Positions 16,505 through 24,907 of a stretch of 64,000 nucleotides of DNA are shown here, piece by piece. The position numbers and the translations under genes are program-made. Position 1 is the stretch's first letter; each line of letters opens with the position of its first letter. The DNA comes from an uncultured Actinomycetota bacterium. GTDB taxonomy: Bacteria > Actinomycetota > Actinomycetes > S36-B12 > UBA10799. Below the pieces are notes generated by a model, which searched no databases, was not told where the DNA came from, and saw nothing but the letters and a program-made list of their open reading frames with translations. Where the stretch lies: NCBI GenBank assembly GCA_963818505.1, contig CAWFSJ010000005.1:141540-205539 (forward strand), read 5' to 3'.

Positions 16505-18597
16505 CACCCTCCGCGCAGGTGTTTGCGGCGGATCATGTAGGCCTGGAAGTCCTCCAGCCGACCTTCGGCCGCCTCGTTGTGAACCCATTCTCCGTCAGGA
16601 CCAAGGTCCCACGCCGAGGTGCCGTCGTCGAAGGCCTTGTCCAGAATCTCCCCTACGTAGGCGATCTGTTCAGGTTCCTGTAACGACACCAGGGTCTCCA
16701 CACGGCGGTCAAGGTTGCGATGCATCAGGTCCGCCGAGCCGATCCACACCTGCGGTTGCCCGGCATTGAGGAATTCATAAGCGCGTGAGTGCTCCAAGAA
16801 CCGCCCGAGAATGCTGCGCACGCGCAGGTTCTCACTCATACCGGGGACCTGTGGGCGGATGGCGCAGATGCCGCGTACCAGCACATCGACCGGAACACCG
16901 GCGGCCGAGGCGCGGTACAAGGCGTCAATGACCTTCTCATCGACGATCGAGTTGCACTTGAAACGAACCCTCGCCGGCAACCCTTCCCGGTGGTTGGCCA
17001 CCTCCTGCTCGATGCGCTCGAGCAATCCGGAGCGGATCGAATGAGGCGCGACGAGCAGCCGGTTGTACTCGGTGTGCATCGAGTAGCCGGACAACTGGTT
17101 GAAGAGGTTGGCGACGTCGCGGCCGACCTGGTCGTCGACTGTGAGCAGCCCGAAGTCCTCATACAGCCGAGCGGTCTTCGGGTGGTAGTTGCCGGTCCCG
17201 AGGTGGCAGTACCGGCGCAGGCGGTCGCCGTCGTCGCGCACCACCATGGACAGTTTGCAGTGGGTCTTCAATCCCACCAGCCCGTAAACGACGTGCACAC
17301 CGGCACGTTCCAGTTTGCGGGCCCACTTGATGTTGGCGCTCTCGTCGAACCTGGCCTTGATCTCCACCAGGGCCAGCACCTGTTTGCCTGCCTCGGCGGC
17401 GTCGATGAGCGCATCGATGATCGGCGAGTCACCGCTGGTGCGATACAAGGTCTGCTTGATCGCCAGCACCTTGGGATCAGACGCGGCCTGTTCGAGGAAG
17501 CGCTGGACGCTGGTGGAGAAGGAGTCGTACGGGTGGTGCAGAAGCACATCCTGGCGGCGCATGGCCTCCAGCACGTTGGGCGCGCTGGCACTCTCCTTGT
17601 TCTCGGCCAGCAGCCGGTTGGTCTTGGGGACGAACACCGGGTCGGACAGATCCTCGCGGTTCAGGCCGACGAAGGCCCACAGCCCCCGCAGGTCCAGCGG
17701 TCCGGGCAGCATGAAGACCTCGTTCTCAGCCATGCCCAGTTCCCGCACGAGGACATCGAGGATGTGCGGCGCGATCGTCTGCTCCACCTCCAGGCGAACA
17801 GGAGGGCCGAAGCGACGCTTGCTCAACTCCCGCTCCAGGGCCTTGAGCAGGTTCTCCGCGTCGTCCTCCTCGACCTCGAGGTCCTCGTTGCGCGTCACCC
17901 GGAACAGATGGTGCTCGATGATGTCCATACCCGGGAACAACTGGTCGAGATGCTCGGCGATCACGTCCTCGAGCGGGACGAAACGCGAGTCCCCGATCGT
18001 CAGGAAGCGGTCCAGTGACGGCGGAACCTTGACTCGCGCGAACAGCTCGGTACCGGTCGAAGGGTTACCGACTACGACGGCCAGGTTCAGGGACAGCCCC
18101 GAGATGTATGGGAAAGGGTGGGCCGGGTCCACGGCAAGGGGGGTCAGGACCGGGTAGATCTTGTCACGGAACAACCTCGACAATTGCTGGCGCTCGTCCT
18201 CGGACAACTCCGCCCAACGGACCAGGCTGATCCCCTCTGCGGCCAGGGCAGGTCGCACCTGGTCCCCCCAGCAGGCGGCCTGGCGACGCATGAGGTCGTG
18301 CCCGTGCACCAGTACGGCGTCGTGAACCTCGCGGGGCAACAGACCACTGGCCGCGCGCAGGGCGATACCGGCGGCAATCCGGCGCTTGAGGCCGGCGACT
18401 CGCACCATGAAGAACTCGTCGAGGTTGGAGGCGAAGATCGCCAGAAACTTGGCCCGCTCGAGCAAGGGCAGTTCCTCGTCCTCGGCCAGTTCCAGAACCC
18501 GCTGGTTGAAGGACAGCCAACTAAGTTCCCGATCGATGAACCTGTGGTCGGGCAGATCGTCAACCACATCGGTGGCTTGCGAGGCGGCAGTGGTCAT
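16504..18597 (-). CDS. ppk1: Polyphosphate kinase 1
   Basis: [21 protein letters not shown]...HCKLSMVVR... is typical PPK1. The ATG at 18597 (MTTAAS) is preferred over the longer ORF. Confidence 0.9.
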   Translation of the reverse strand: MTTAASQATDVVDDLPDHRFIDRELSWLSFNQRVLELAEDEELPLLERAKFLAIFASNLDEFFMVRVAGLKRRIAAGIALRAASGLLPREVHDAVLVHGHDLMRRQAACWGDQVRPALAAEGISLVRWAELSEDERQQLSRLFRDKIYPVLTPLAVDPAHPFPYISGLSLNLAVVVGNPSTGTELFARVKVPPSLDRFLTIGDSRFVPLEDVIAEHLDQLFPGMDIIEHHLFRVTRNEDLEVEEDDAENLLKALERELSKRRFGPPVRLEVEQTIAPHILDVLVRELGMAENEVFMLPGPLDLRGLWAFVGLNREDLSDPVFVPKTNRLLAENKESASAPNVLEAMRRQDVLLHHPYDSFSTSVQRFLEQAASDPKVLAIKQTLYRTSGDSPIIDALIDAAEAGKQVLALVEIKARFDESANIKWARKLERAGVHVVYGLVGLKTHCKLSMVVRDDGDRLRRYCHLGTGNYHPKTARLYEDFGLLTVDDQVGRDVANLFNQLSGYSMHTEYNRLLVAPHSIRSGLLERIEQEVANHREGLPARVRFKCNSIVDEKVIDALYRASAAGVPVDVLVRGICAIRPQVPGMSENLRVRSILGRFLEHSRAYEFLNAGQPQVWIGSADLMHRNLDRRVETLVSLQEPEQIAYVGEILDKAFDDGTSAWDLGPDGEWVHNEAAEGRLEDFQAYMIRRKHLRGG

Positions 18598-18635
18598 GAC
18601 CCCAGCGTGCCAGAAAGGTCCGGATCGGTCGCGGC

Positions 18636-19526
18636 CTACGCGAGAGCGTATTGCACATCGCAATCTGCGCACTCGAAACCAAGCTGCTCGTACATGCGCA
18701 CTGCGGGCTTGTTGGCGGTGTCCACGTACAACATCACGGTCTGCAGACCCAGGTGCGCAAGGTAGCGCAAGCCGGCTGACGTGAGCGCGCGTCCCAACCC
18801 GGTGCCACGAGCGCGCGGGGCCACTCCTAGCACGTAGACCTCACCGATCTGAGCGTGCGCGTGATCGGATCCGCCATGGACCTTCGTCCAATGGAAACCC
18901 GCTAAGCCACGGTCGTCGAACGCCAGAAGAAAACCCTCGGGGTCGAACCACGGCTGGCTCAGGCGCTCCTGCAGATCGCTGCGCGTCCACGATCCCTGGT
19001 CGGGGAGGTCGACGAAGGCCGCGGCATTCAGTTCGAGCCACTGTGGGGCATCGGCTTCGGTGAAGGTCCTGAGCAAAAATCCTGCCGGCAGGCCGATCTC
19101 GGCGATGTCGCGCAGCGAGCGGGTGTAACGGCACAACCCGCGCACAGGAACGAAACCGGCGATCTCGGCCAGAGCCTTTGCGGCCGGCAGTTGCCCGTGG
19201 GCCCACACCCGCACGGTCGGGCCCGCCATCCCAACGATCTCGTCGAGGAGCCGCCGGCCGTGACCAACGCCGCGGGCGTCAGGATCCACCAAGAACTCCG
19301 CCACGGGCGGTTGGCCGTCTGTGACACCGGCGTACCCGATGATCCGACCGGCGTCGTCATGAAGCAGGCCTTGGCGGACTCCGGGGCCCCCACCTGCGAG
19401 AACGTGCAGATAGGTGTGTTCGCTCAATGAGGACACACCGTCAGCATCGCTGACCCGGTCGAGCAACGCATCGACGTCCGCTATCTGCTCGGCGGACAGA
19501 ACCGCCGGCCACTCCAGTGAGCTCAC
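18636..19526 (-). CDS. mshD: Mycothiol synthase (two-GNAT-domain acetyltransferase)
   Basis: 296 aa with tandem GNAT folds. Next to glnR, as with Rv0819/Rv0818. The GTG start overlaps the glnR stop (GTGA). Confidence 0.8.
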   Translation of the reverse strand: MSSLEWPAVLSAEQIADVDALLDRVSDADGVSSLSEHTYLHVLAGGGPGVRQGLLHDDAGRIIGYAGVTDGQPPVAEFLVDPDARGVGHGRRLLDEIVGMAGPTVRVWAHGQLPAAKALAEIAGFVPVRGLCRYTRSLRDIAEIGLPAGFLLRTFTEADAPQWLELNAAAFVDLPDQGSWTRSDLQERLSQPWFDPEGFLLAFDDRGLAGFHWTKVHGGSDHAHAQIGEVYVLGVAPRARGTGLGRALTSAGLRYLAHLGLQTVMLYVDTANKPAVRMYEQLGFECADCDVQYALA

Positions 19527-20221
19527 GTGGTCAGCTCGGTGTCACGCTCGGCGTTCGGGGGCACCAGCCGGTAGCCCACATTGCGCACCGTCCCGATCAA
19601 GGCCTCATACTCGGAGCCCAGCTTCGCCCGTAGGCGCCGCACGTGCACGTCCACGGTCCGGGTGCCTCCGAAATAGTCGTACCCCCAGACCTCCTGCAAC
19701 AGCTGCTGCCTGGTGAACACACGGCCAGGATGCTGCGACAGGTACTTCAGCAGCTCGAACTCTTTGTAGGTGAGGTCGAGCACCCGTCCGCGCACCGTGG
19801 CCGTGTAGCTGGACTCGTTGATCAGCAACTCGCCGTGCTGGATCTCGGGGGCCCCACCGGGCAATCCGTCGTCGAGTCGGCCCAGAGCCAAGCGAATTCG
19901 GGCTTCGACCTCACCGGGCCCTGCCGTGTCCAGTACGACATCGTCCACACCCCAGTCAGCGGTGACGGCCGCCAGTCCGCCCTCACCGAGGATCAGCAGA
20001 ACGGGCACATCGGATCCCGTTGCCGCCAGCACCCGGCACAGGCTGCGAATGGCGGGCAGGTCGCGTCGACCGTCCACGAAGATGAGTTCCGCGGCCGGGG
20101 CATCGATCAGAGCCGATGCCTCAGCGGGCAGGACCCGCACTTGGTGGGCCAGCAGTCCGAGGGCGGGCAGCACATGGTCGCTCGGCTCGACCGCATCGGT
20201 CATCAGCAGAACACTGCTCAC
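19523..20221 (-). CDS. glnR: Orphan OmpR-family response regulator GlnR (global nitrogen regulator)
   Basis: [18 protein letters not shown]...[18 protein letters not shown]...[32 protein letters not shown] closely matches the Streptomyces/Mycobacterium GlnR sequence as I remember it. C-terminal winged-helix domain. Confidence 0.75.
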   Translation of the reverse strand: MSSVLLMTDAVEPSDHVLPALGLLAHQVRVLPAEASALIDAPAAELIFVDGRRDLPAIRSLCRVLAATGSDVPVLLILGEGGLAAVTADWGVDDVVLDTAGPGEVEARIRLALGRLDDGLPGGAPEIQHGELLINESSYTATVRGRVLDLTYKEFELLKYLSQHPGRVFTRQQLLQEVWGYDYFGGTRTVDVHVRRLRAKLGSEYEALIGTVRNVGYRLVPPNAERDTELTT

Positions 20222-20316
20222 GGCGCCACCTCGTTTTGGACCCCTTCAGGGTATTCCAGACGGACTTGCAGGTGCTGCGGTGGCTTACGGCCGAGGCCGT
20301 CGCAGAGCCCGTCGGC

Positions 20317-20724
20317 TCAGATCGCCTGGCCCAACGCGGAGATCACGTCCGCCTTGCGGGGTTGGCCCGAGGCGCGGGTCACGACCCGGCCATCTGCATC
20401 CAGCACCAGGACCGTGGGCGTGCGCGCGATGTCCAGTTCGCGCGCCAGTTCGAGGTATTCGTCGACGTCGAGGTCCACATGTTTGACCCCGGGAACCATT
20501 CCAGCGACCTCGGTGAGGATGCGCCGGGTGGCCCGGCACGGCGCGCAGAAGGCGCTGGTGAACTGAACGAGCGTGGCCTTGTCTCCCAGCGAGGAGCCGA
20601 CTTGTGCTGCCGAAAGACGCTGACGACCATCACGGGAACGCATGCGGCCGTCGATCCCGCGGCGCCACAGGCCGAACGCGGCCAACCCAACGAGTATGGC
20701 CACCAGAATCCACAGACCCGACAT
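20317..20724 (-). CDS. Membrane-anchored thioredoxin-family protein (ThiX-like)
   Basis: TM helix LWILVAILVGLAAFGLW followed by FTSAFCAPCR (CxxC). The start is at the ATG at 20724; 20745 and 20793 are alternatives. Confidence 0.7.
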   Translation of the reverse strand: MSGLWILVAILVGLAAFGLWRRGIDGRMRSRDGRQRLSAAQVGSSLGDKATLVQFTSAFCAPCRATRRILTEVAGMVPGVKHVDLDVDEYLELARELDIARTPTVLVLDADGRVVTRASGQPRKADVISALGQAI

Positions 20725-20860
20725 GTTGTGTTGAACACCTCCCATACAACGGACATTCCCGTGGCTGCCACTACTCTGGACCCAGACCGACATTTCGGAA
20801 TACCTGAGGTGAGCTTCGGGTTTTCAGAATAGACCAGACCCCAACAAAGAGGGAACCATC

Positions 20861-21343
20861 GTGATCGACCCCCGCGGAACCCGATTTTCCGCTGCCATCA
20901 CCAGCATCGTCCTGGCCGTTGTCATTGTGACCACCCCAAGTGCGGTAGCCGCGGTTCTGCTCAGCATCCAAACCTTGGTCTTCGCCTTCGGGGCGATCCT
21001 CGGTCCGGGCGCGCAACCCTACGGCTGGTTCTTCAAGAAGGCCATCCGCCCGCGGCTATCGGCGCCCAAGCACATGGAGGACCGCCTGCCGCCGCAGTTC
21101 GCGCAGGCTGTCGGCCTCGGTTTCGCCCTTGCCGCCAGTGTGAGCATGCTGTTCGGCTGGATCATGGGGGTGTGGATCTTCGCCGGGTTCGCGCTGTTCG
21201 CCGCAGCCCTCAACGCAGTGTTCGGCTTCTGCCTCGGGTGCGAGATCTACCTGCGGATCCGCAGGTTCATCCCCGAGTCCGCCATGCCTGACTCGACCCG
21301 CGAGCAGACCGTCGATCTGACCGAACAGACCCAGACGGTCTGA
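20861..21343 (+). CDS. DUF4395 domain membrane protein
   Basis: PPQFAQAVGLGFA...AALNAVFGFCLGCEIY is the DUF4395 signature. GTG start. Confidence 0.7.
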   Translation: MIDPRGTRFSAAITSIVLAVVIVTTPSAVAAVLLSIQTLVFAFGAILGPGAQPYGWFFKKAIRPRLSAPKHMEDRLPPQFAQAVGLGFALAASVSMLFGWIMGVWIFAGFALFAAALNAVFGFCLGCEIYLRIRRFIPESAMPDSTREQTVDLTEQTQTV

Positions 21344-21344
21344 C

Positions 21345-21689
21345 ATGGACCGGCTGGTCGTGCAGTTGACGACTGACGAGCCGGAGAAGGTTGCCGCAGC
21401 GCTCACTGTCTGCCTGGCCGCGGTTTCCAGCGGCGCTGAAGTCTCTCTGTGGCTGTCGGGGCCGGCCACCCTGCTAGCCGTTGCGCGACACTGCCCGGCG
21501 TTCGACCTCGATTACGCTCCGGATCTCGACCAGGGTTTGGATTCGGTGACCACCCTGCGGGTGTGCAGCCAGTGCGCGGCCAGGCGTGGCTTACAGGATG
21601 TGGATCTACGGCCCGGGGCCCGCATCGGCGGGGCCATGGAACTCGTCGAAGCGCTCTTGACCGACGGCACCGCAGCAGTGACCTACTGA
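21345..21689 (+). CDS. DsrE/DsrF-like sulfur-relay family protein
   Basis: 114 aa with a DsrE-like fold pattern (RLVVQLTTDEPEK...VCSQCAARRG). Starts 1 nt after the DUF4395 stop. Confidence 0.65.
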   Translation: MDRLVVQLTTDEPEKVAAALTVCLAAVSSGAEVSLWLSGPATLLAVARHCPAFDLDYAPDLDQGLDSVTTLRVCSQCAARRGLQDVDLRPGARIGGAMELVEALLTDGTAAVTY

Positions 21690-21726
21690 GACCGGTGTTC
21701 GGCCGACCAGCGACTAGTCTGGTCAC

Positions 21727-21825
21727 ATGACCGAAGTGTTCTTCACATCGCTGCTGGTTCTGGTGACGATCTTCATCGCCTGGTTCTCCATCTACGTCAT
21801 CTACCGACTGTTCAAGAGCCAGTAA
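21727..21825 (+). CDS. Unannotated 32-aa single-TM small protein (MTEVFFTSLLVLVTIFIAWFSIYVIYRLFKSQ)
   Basis: Below the ORF-track cutoff. ATG at 21727 and TAA at 21823-21825, directly abutting the GTG of the next gene (TAAGTG). 27 of 31 codons after the ATG end in G or C despite the A/T-leaning hydrophobic composition. Confidence 0.45.
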   Translation: MTEVFFTSLLVLVTIFIAWFSIYVIYRLFKSQ

Positions 21826-22335
21826 GTGGATCTGCCAGACGAAGTCCTCCCGCTGTCGTGGTTGCTGGGCCAGTGGGTGGGGGTGGGGACCGGGCAATAC
21901 CCGACCATTGCCGACTTCCGGTTCGGCCAGGAACTGTCGTTCACCTGCGACGGTCGGCCCTTCATCGCTCTGAACTCCCGGACCTGGATCCTCGACGACG
22001 AGGGAAACCGGACACGTCCCGGTGCTACGGAGTCGGCCTACTTCCGTCCGCGGCCGGACAACGAGTTCGAGGCGGTGTTCGCGCACCCGACGGGCTTCGT
22101 GGAGGTCTGGCACGGCAAGGTGATCGTCTCGGACATCCAGGACGCGGTCATCACCCGCGCGAGTCTGGAGATGAACACCGACACGGTGGTGCGCACGCGC
22201 AGCGCCAAGGAGTACGTCGGCGGGCAGCGCCTCTACGGCTTGGCACCTGATGGCGATCTGGCATGGACGTTCGACATGAGCGCCATGGGAGTGCCTTTGA
22301 CCAATCACCTCGCCGCCAAACTGAAGCGCGTGTGA
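21826..22335 (+). CDS. Nitrobindin / FABP-like heme-binding beta-barrel protein (Rv0813c-like, UPF0678)
   Basis: LSWLLGQWVGVGTGQYPTIADFRFGQELSFTCDGRPF...AHPTGFVEVWHG...PLTNHLAAKL. Confidence 0.8.
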   Translation: MDLPDEVLPLSWLLGQWVGVGTGQYPTIADFRFGQELSFTCDGRPFIALNSRTWILDDEGNRTRPGATESAYFRPRPDNEFEAVFAHPTGFVEVWHGKVIVSDIQDAVITRASLEMNTDTVVRTRSAKEYVGGQRLYGLAPDGDLAWTFDMSAMGVPLTNHLAAKLKRV

Positions 22336-22745
22336 CCGACGAATTCGAGGCCAGACTCCAACAGGCTGGCTACCGCCGGACAGGTCAGCGCCGCGAGATC
22401 TGGGAATCGGTGAGCCGGTTACGCCACGCCACCCCGGAGCAGATCGTCGCAGACCTCGACGATGTCGACGCATCGACGGTCTATCGGGGCCTGGAAGTGC
22501 TCGTTCAGGTGGGGCTCATCACCCACACCCACATCGGGCATGGCCCACCGGTCTACCACGCCCTCGACCCGACGCCCCACCTGCACCTGGTGTGCCAGAG
22601 GTGTGGCGCACAGTCCTCAGCGCAGATAACTGCGGCCAGCGAATTGGTCGACGTCCTCCTGCGCGACCATGGTTTCGCAGCCGATCTGGACTACATGTCG
22701 CTGCCGGGAACATGTGCGGCCTGCAGGTCGGCCGGAACAACGTGA
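22332..22745 (+). CDS. Fur-family metalloregulator
   Basis: RRTGQRREIWESV... winged helix, HLHLVCQRCG and GTCAACR (two CxxC motifs). The GTG start overlaps the nitrobindin stop (GTGA). Confidence 0.8.
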   Translation: MTDEFEARLQQAGYRRTGQRREIWESVSRLRHATPEQIVADLDDVDASTVYRGLEVLVQVGLITHTHIGHGPPVYHALDPTPHLHLVCQRCGAQSSAQITAASELVDVLLRDHGFAADLDYMSLPGTCAACRSAGTT

Positions 22746-22789
22746 GCCCTGCGGAAACAAACAGCGGTCCGCACGGTGTTACACCTGAT

Positions 22790-23728
22790 ATGACGCACTT
22801 CGGAGATCCTTTCGGCGAGCAGCGACTGCTTGCAGGCGGGAAGGGATGGGTCGGTCTGCCCGATCGGGCCGTACTGACCCTGACCGGCGCCGACCGGATC
22901 ACGTGGCTCGACTCCTTGACCTCGCACCGGATCACACCGAACACCTCCACCCAAGCGCTGATCCTCGACCCGCATGGCCACGTCGAGTACGACCTTCATG
23001 TGATCGACGAGGCCGGGACGACCTGGCTGATCGTGGACTCGGGCACTGCGGCGGCCCTGCAGTCGTTCCTGGACTCGATGCGGTTCTTCGCTGATGTGGC
23101 CGTGACCGACGTGACCGAGTTCCACAAGGTCGTGTGGATCCCCCGACGCGAGCCGTACGCGAACCACCCGACGTGGCTCGTGCCGCTCGAGTACGCAGGG
23201 CAGGGCGTAACACCCTCCGGTGAGGACCGCGGCGGAACGTCGGCCAAGTACGTACCCTCCCGCCCGGACCACCTAGTGGGTGCCGAGGTGATCCTGCCGC
23301 TCGACGTGACGCCCGAGGGACCCGAGTGCGGTCTGTGGGCCTGGAACGCGTTGCGGATCGCCGCCGGTGTGCCGGACCTGAAGGTTGACGCCGATCACAA
23401 GTCGTTGCCGCACGAGTTGGGCCTGATCGGACCTGCGGTGCACTTGGCGAAGGGCTGCTACCGAGGACAGGAGACGGTCGCGCGACTGCACAACATGGGC
23501 CGTCCCCCGCGCAGGATCGTTCTGCTGCACTTCGACGGGGCGTTGCCTGATCCCGGTGCCGACGTGCTGTCCGGGGAGAAGGTCGTGGGCCAGGTGACCT
23601 CGGTTGCCCAGCACTACGAACTCGGCCCGATCGGGCTGGCCACGATCAAGCGCTCTGTGCCACTGGAGCAACCCCTGTACGCCGACGGCATCGTCGCCTC
23701 GCAGGAGCAAGTGGTTGCGGCCGCCTGA
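22790..23728 (+). CDS. ygfZ: Folate-binding protein YgfZ (CAF17 / GcvT-like family)
   Basis: LPDRAVLTLTGADRITWLDSLTSH...KGCYRGQETVARLHNMGRPPRR (the KGCYxGQE motif). Confidence 0.8.
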   Translation: MTHFGDPFGEQRLLAGGKGWVGLPDRAVLTLTGADRITWLDSLTSHRITPNTSTQALILDPHGHVEYDLHVIDEAGTTWLIVDSGTAAALQSFLDSMRFFADVAVTDVTEFHKVVWIPRREPYANHPTWLVPLEYAGQGVTPSGEDRGGTSAKYVPSRPDHLVGAEVILPLDVTPEGPECGLWAWNALRIAAGVPDLKVDADHKSLPHELGLIGPAVHLAKGCYRGQETVARLHNMGRPPRRIVLLHFDGALPDPGADVLSGEKVVGQVTSVAQHYELGPIGLATIKRSVPLEQPLYADGIVASQEQVVAAA

Positions 23729-23765
23729 AGGTTTGACGGACACACGATTAGGGAAAGGTCACAGC

Positions 23766-23996
23766 GTGATCACTATGTACTCGACTTCCTGGTGCGGCTA
23801 CTGCATCAGGCTCAAGTCTCAGATGAAACGGGCCGGCCTCGACTTCACCGAGGTCAACATCGAGGAGAACCCTGAGGCCGCTGACTTCGTCGGCAAGGTC
23901 AACGGCGGCAACCATGTCGTCCCCACTGTCCTGCTGCCCAACGGCACCGCGATGACCAACCCGAGTATCAACGAACTACTGGCAGCGGTGAACTAA
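23766..23996 (+). CDS. Mycoredoxin (glutaredoxin-like, CGYC active site)
   Basis: VITMYSTSWCGYCIRLK...NGGNHVVPTV...NPS. GTG at 23766 with GGGAAAGG 7 nt upstream. Confidence 0.8.
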   Translation: MITMYSTSWCGYCIRLKSQMKRAGLDFTEVNIEENPEAADFVGKVNGGNHVVPTVLLPNGTAMTNPSINELLAAVN

Positions 23997-24036
23997 GGCG
24001 TGGCGGGGCGGCCGGTGACGAATTGACCACCGTCAG

Positions 24037-24228
24037 GAGGCTGTTGCTCAATTCCAGTTCGGGCGGCGAGTCGAAGGGAGCCGTCGGCGTACCTTTCTGG
24101 TTGGGCCGCAGGCTGAAAACCTCTTGATCAACCCATTAGGTACAGTTTTGCGCCCGAAATGTCCCAACGATGGTGAATTCGGCGTACCAGACAGGTTGAT
24201 CTAGGGGGAGCGCCAACCAGATCGGTAC
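24037..24228 (+). repeat. Dispersed intergenic repeat family A, full copy (M1, truncated M2, inverted M2, spacer, M2)
   Basis: M1 at 24037-24086, truncated M2 at 24086-24105, inverted M2 at 24121-24143, M2 at 24181-24228. The module order is the same as in the 5361-5546 copy. Confidence 0.75.
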
Positions 24229-24258
24229 AGGTGCCCCTGCACGCGGCCGGCGTTCCCA

Positions 24259-24840
24259 TCAGGTTGAGCGTGGGGCTCTGGGGCTGCGCCGGAAGCTGCT
24301 GACGAACCGGTCGTCTTCGATCCAGAACCGCCAGTGCCGGTCGGCGGCCTTGCTGACCCCGACCCGGGGTCCGGTTACGACACTCACCAGGTTCGCGGCC
24401 GGCTCGAGCCGCAACCGCCCACTTCGCAGGTCGGATCCGCTGTCAGCCATGGTCACGCCCAGAGCCTGTCCCAACCGGCCCGGCCCGCGGGCCAGTTCAC
24501 GCTGACCGCTCCGGCGTGCGCGTGCGATCTCGACTCCTTGCACAACCTCACCGGCCCGCAGCAGGACGCCGCCACCCACCCCTTCCGGGTGACAGACGAC
24601 GTTCAAACACCAGTGCACCCCGTAACTCAGGTAGACGTAAGCGTGTCCGGGCGGGCCGAACATGACCGCGTTCTTGCTCCCCGGTCCGCGAAACGCATGG
24701 CTGGCCGGGTCCCGCTCACCTGCGTACGCCTCGACCTCCACGATGCGCACGACGACCTGGCCGTCGCCGATGGTCGCTCCGAGTAGGAGCGGCGCGACCT
24801 CCTCGGCGGGGTGCGTCAGCGCAGCGAAAAGGTCGGTCAT
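24259..24840 (-). CDS. mpg: DNA-3-methyladenine glycosylase (AAG/Mpg family)
   Basis: VEVEAYAGERDPASHAFRGPGSKNAVMFGPPGHAYVYLSYGVHWCLNVV. ATG at 24840. The longer ORF to 25407 is antisense to the neighbouring gene. Confidence 0.85.
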   Translation of the reverse strand: MTDLFAALTHPAEEVAPLLLGATIGDGQVVVRIVEVEAYAGERDPASHAFRGPGSKNAVMFGPPGHAYVYLSYGVHWCLNVVCHPEGVGGGVLLRAGEVVQGVEIARARRSGQRELARGPGRLGQALGVTMADSGSDLRSGRLRLEPAANLVSVVTGPRVGVSKAADRHWRFWIEDDRFVSSFRRSPRAPRST

Positions 24841-24907
24841 ACAACCAGTCTGGACGTGCTGGCGGGGCATATCGGCGAACCCCCTCGCGGACGTGGAGGA
24901 TGGCTTT

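Noticed and set aside
16789-18018. 409-aa ORF on the plus strand; 17315-18157 and 14951-15991 are similar cases.
   Set aside because: They are antisense to ppk1 and to the CYTH/CHAD gene. No motifs are present and the composition is biased.
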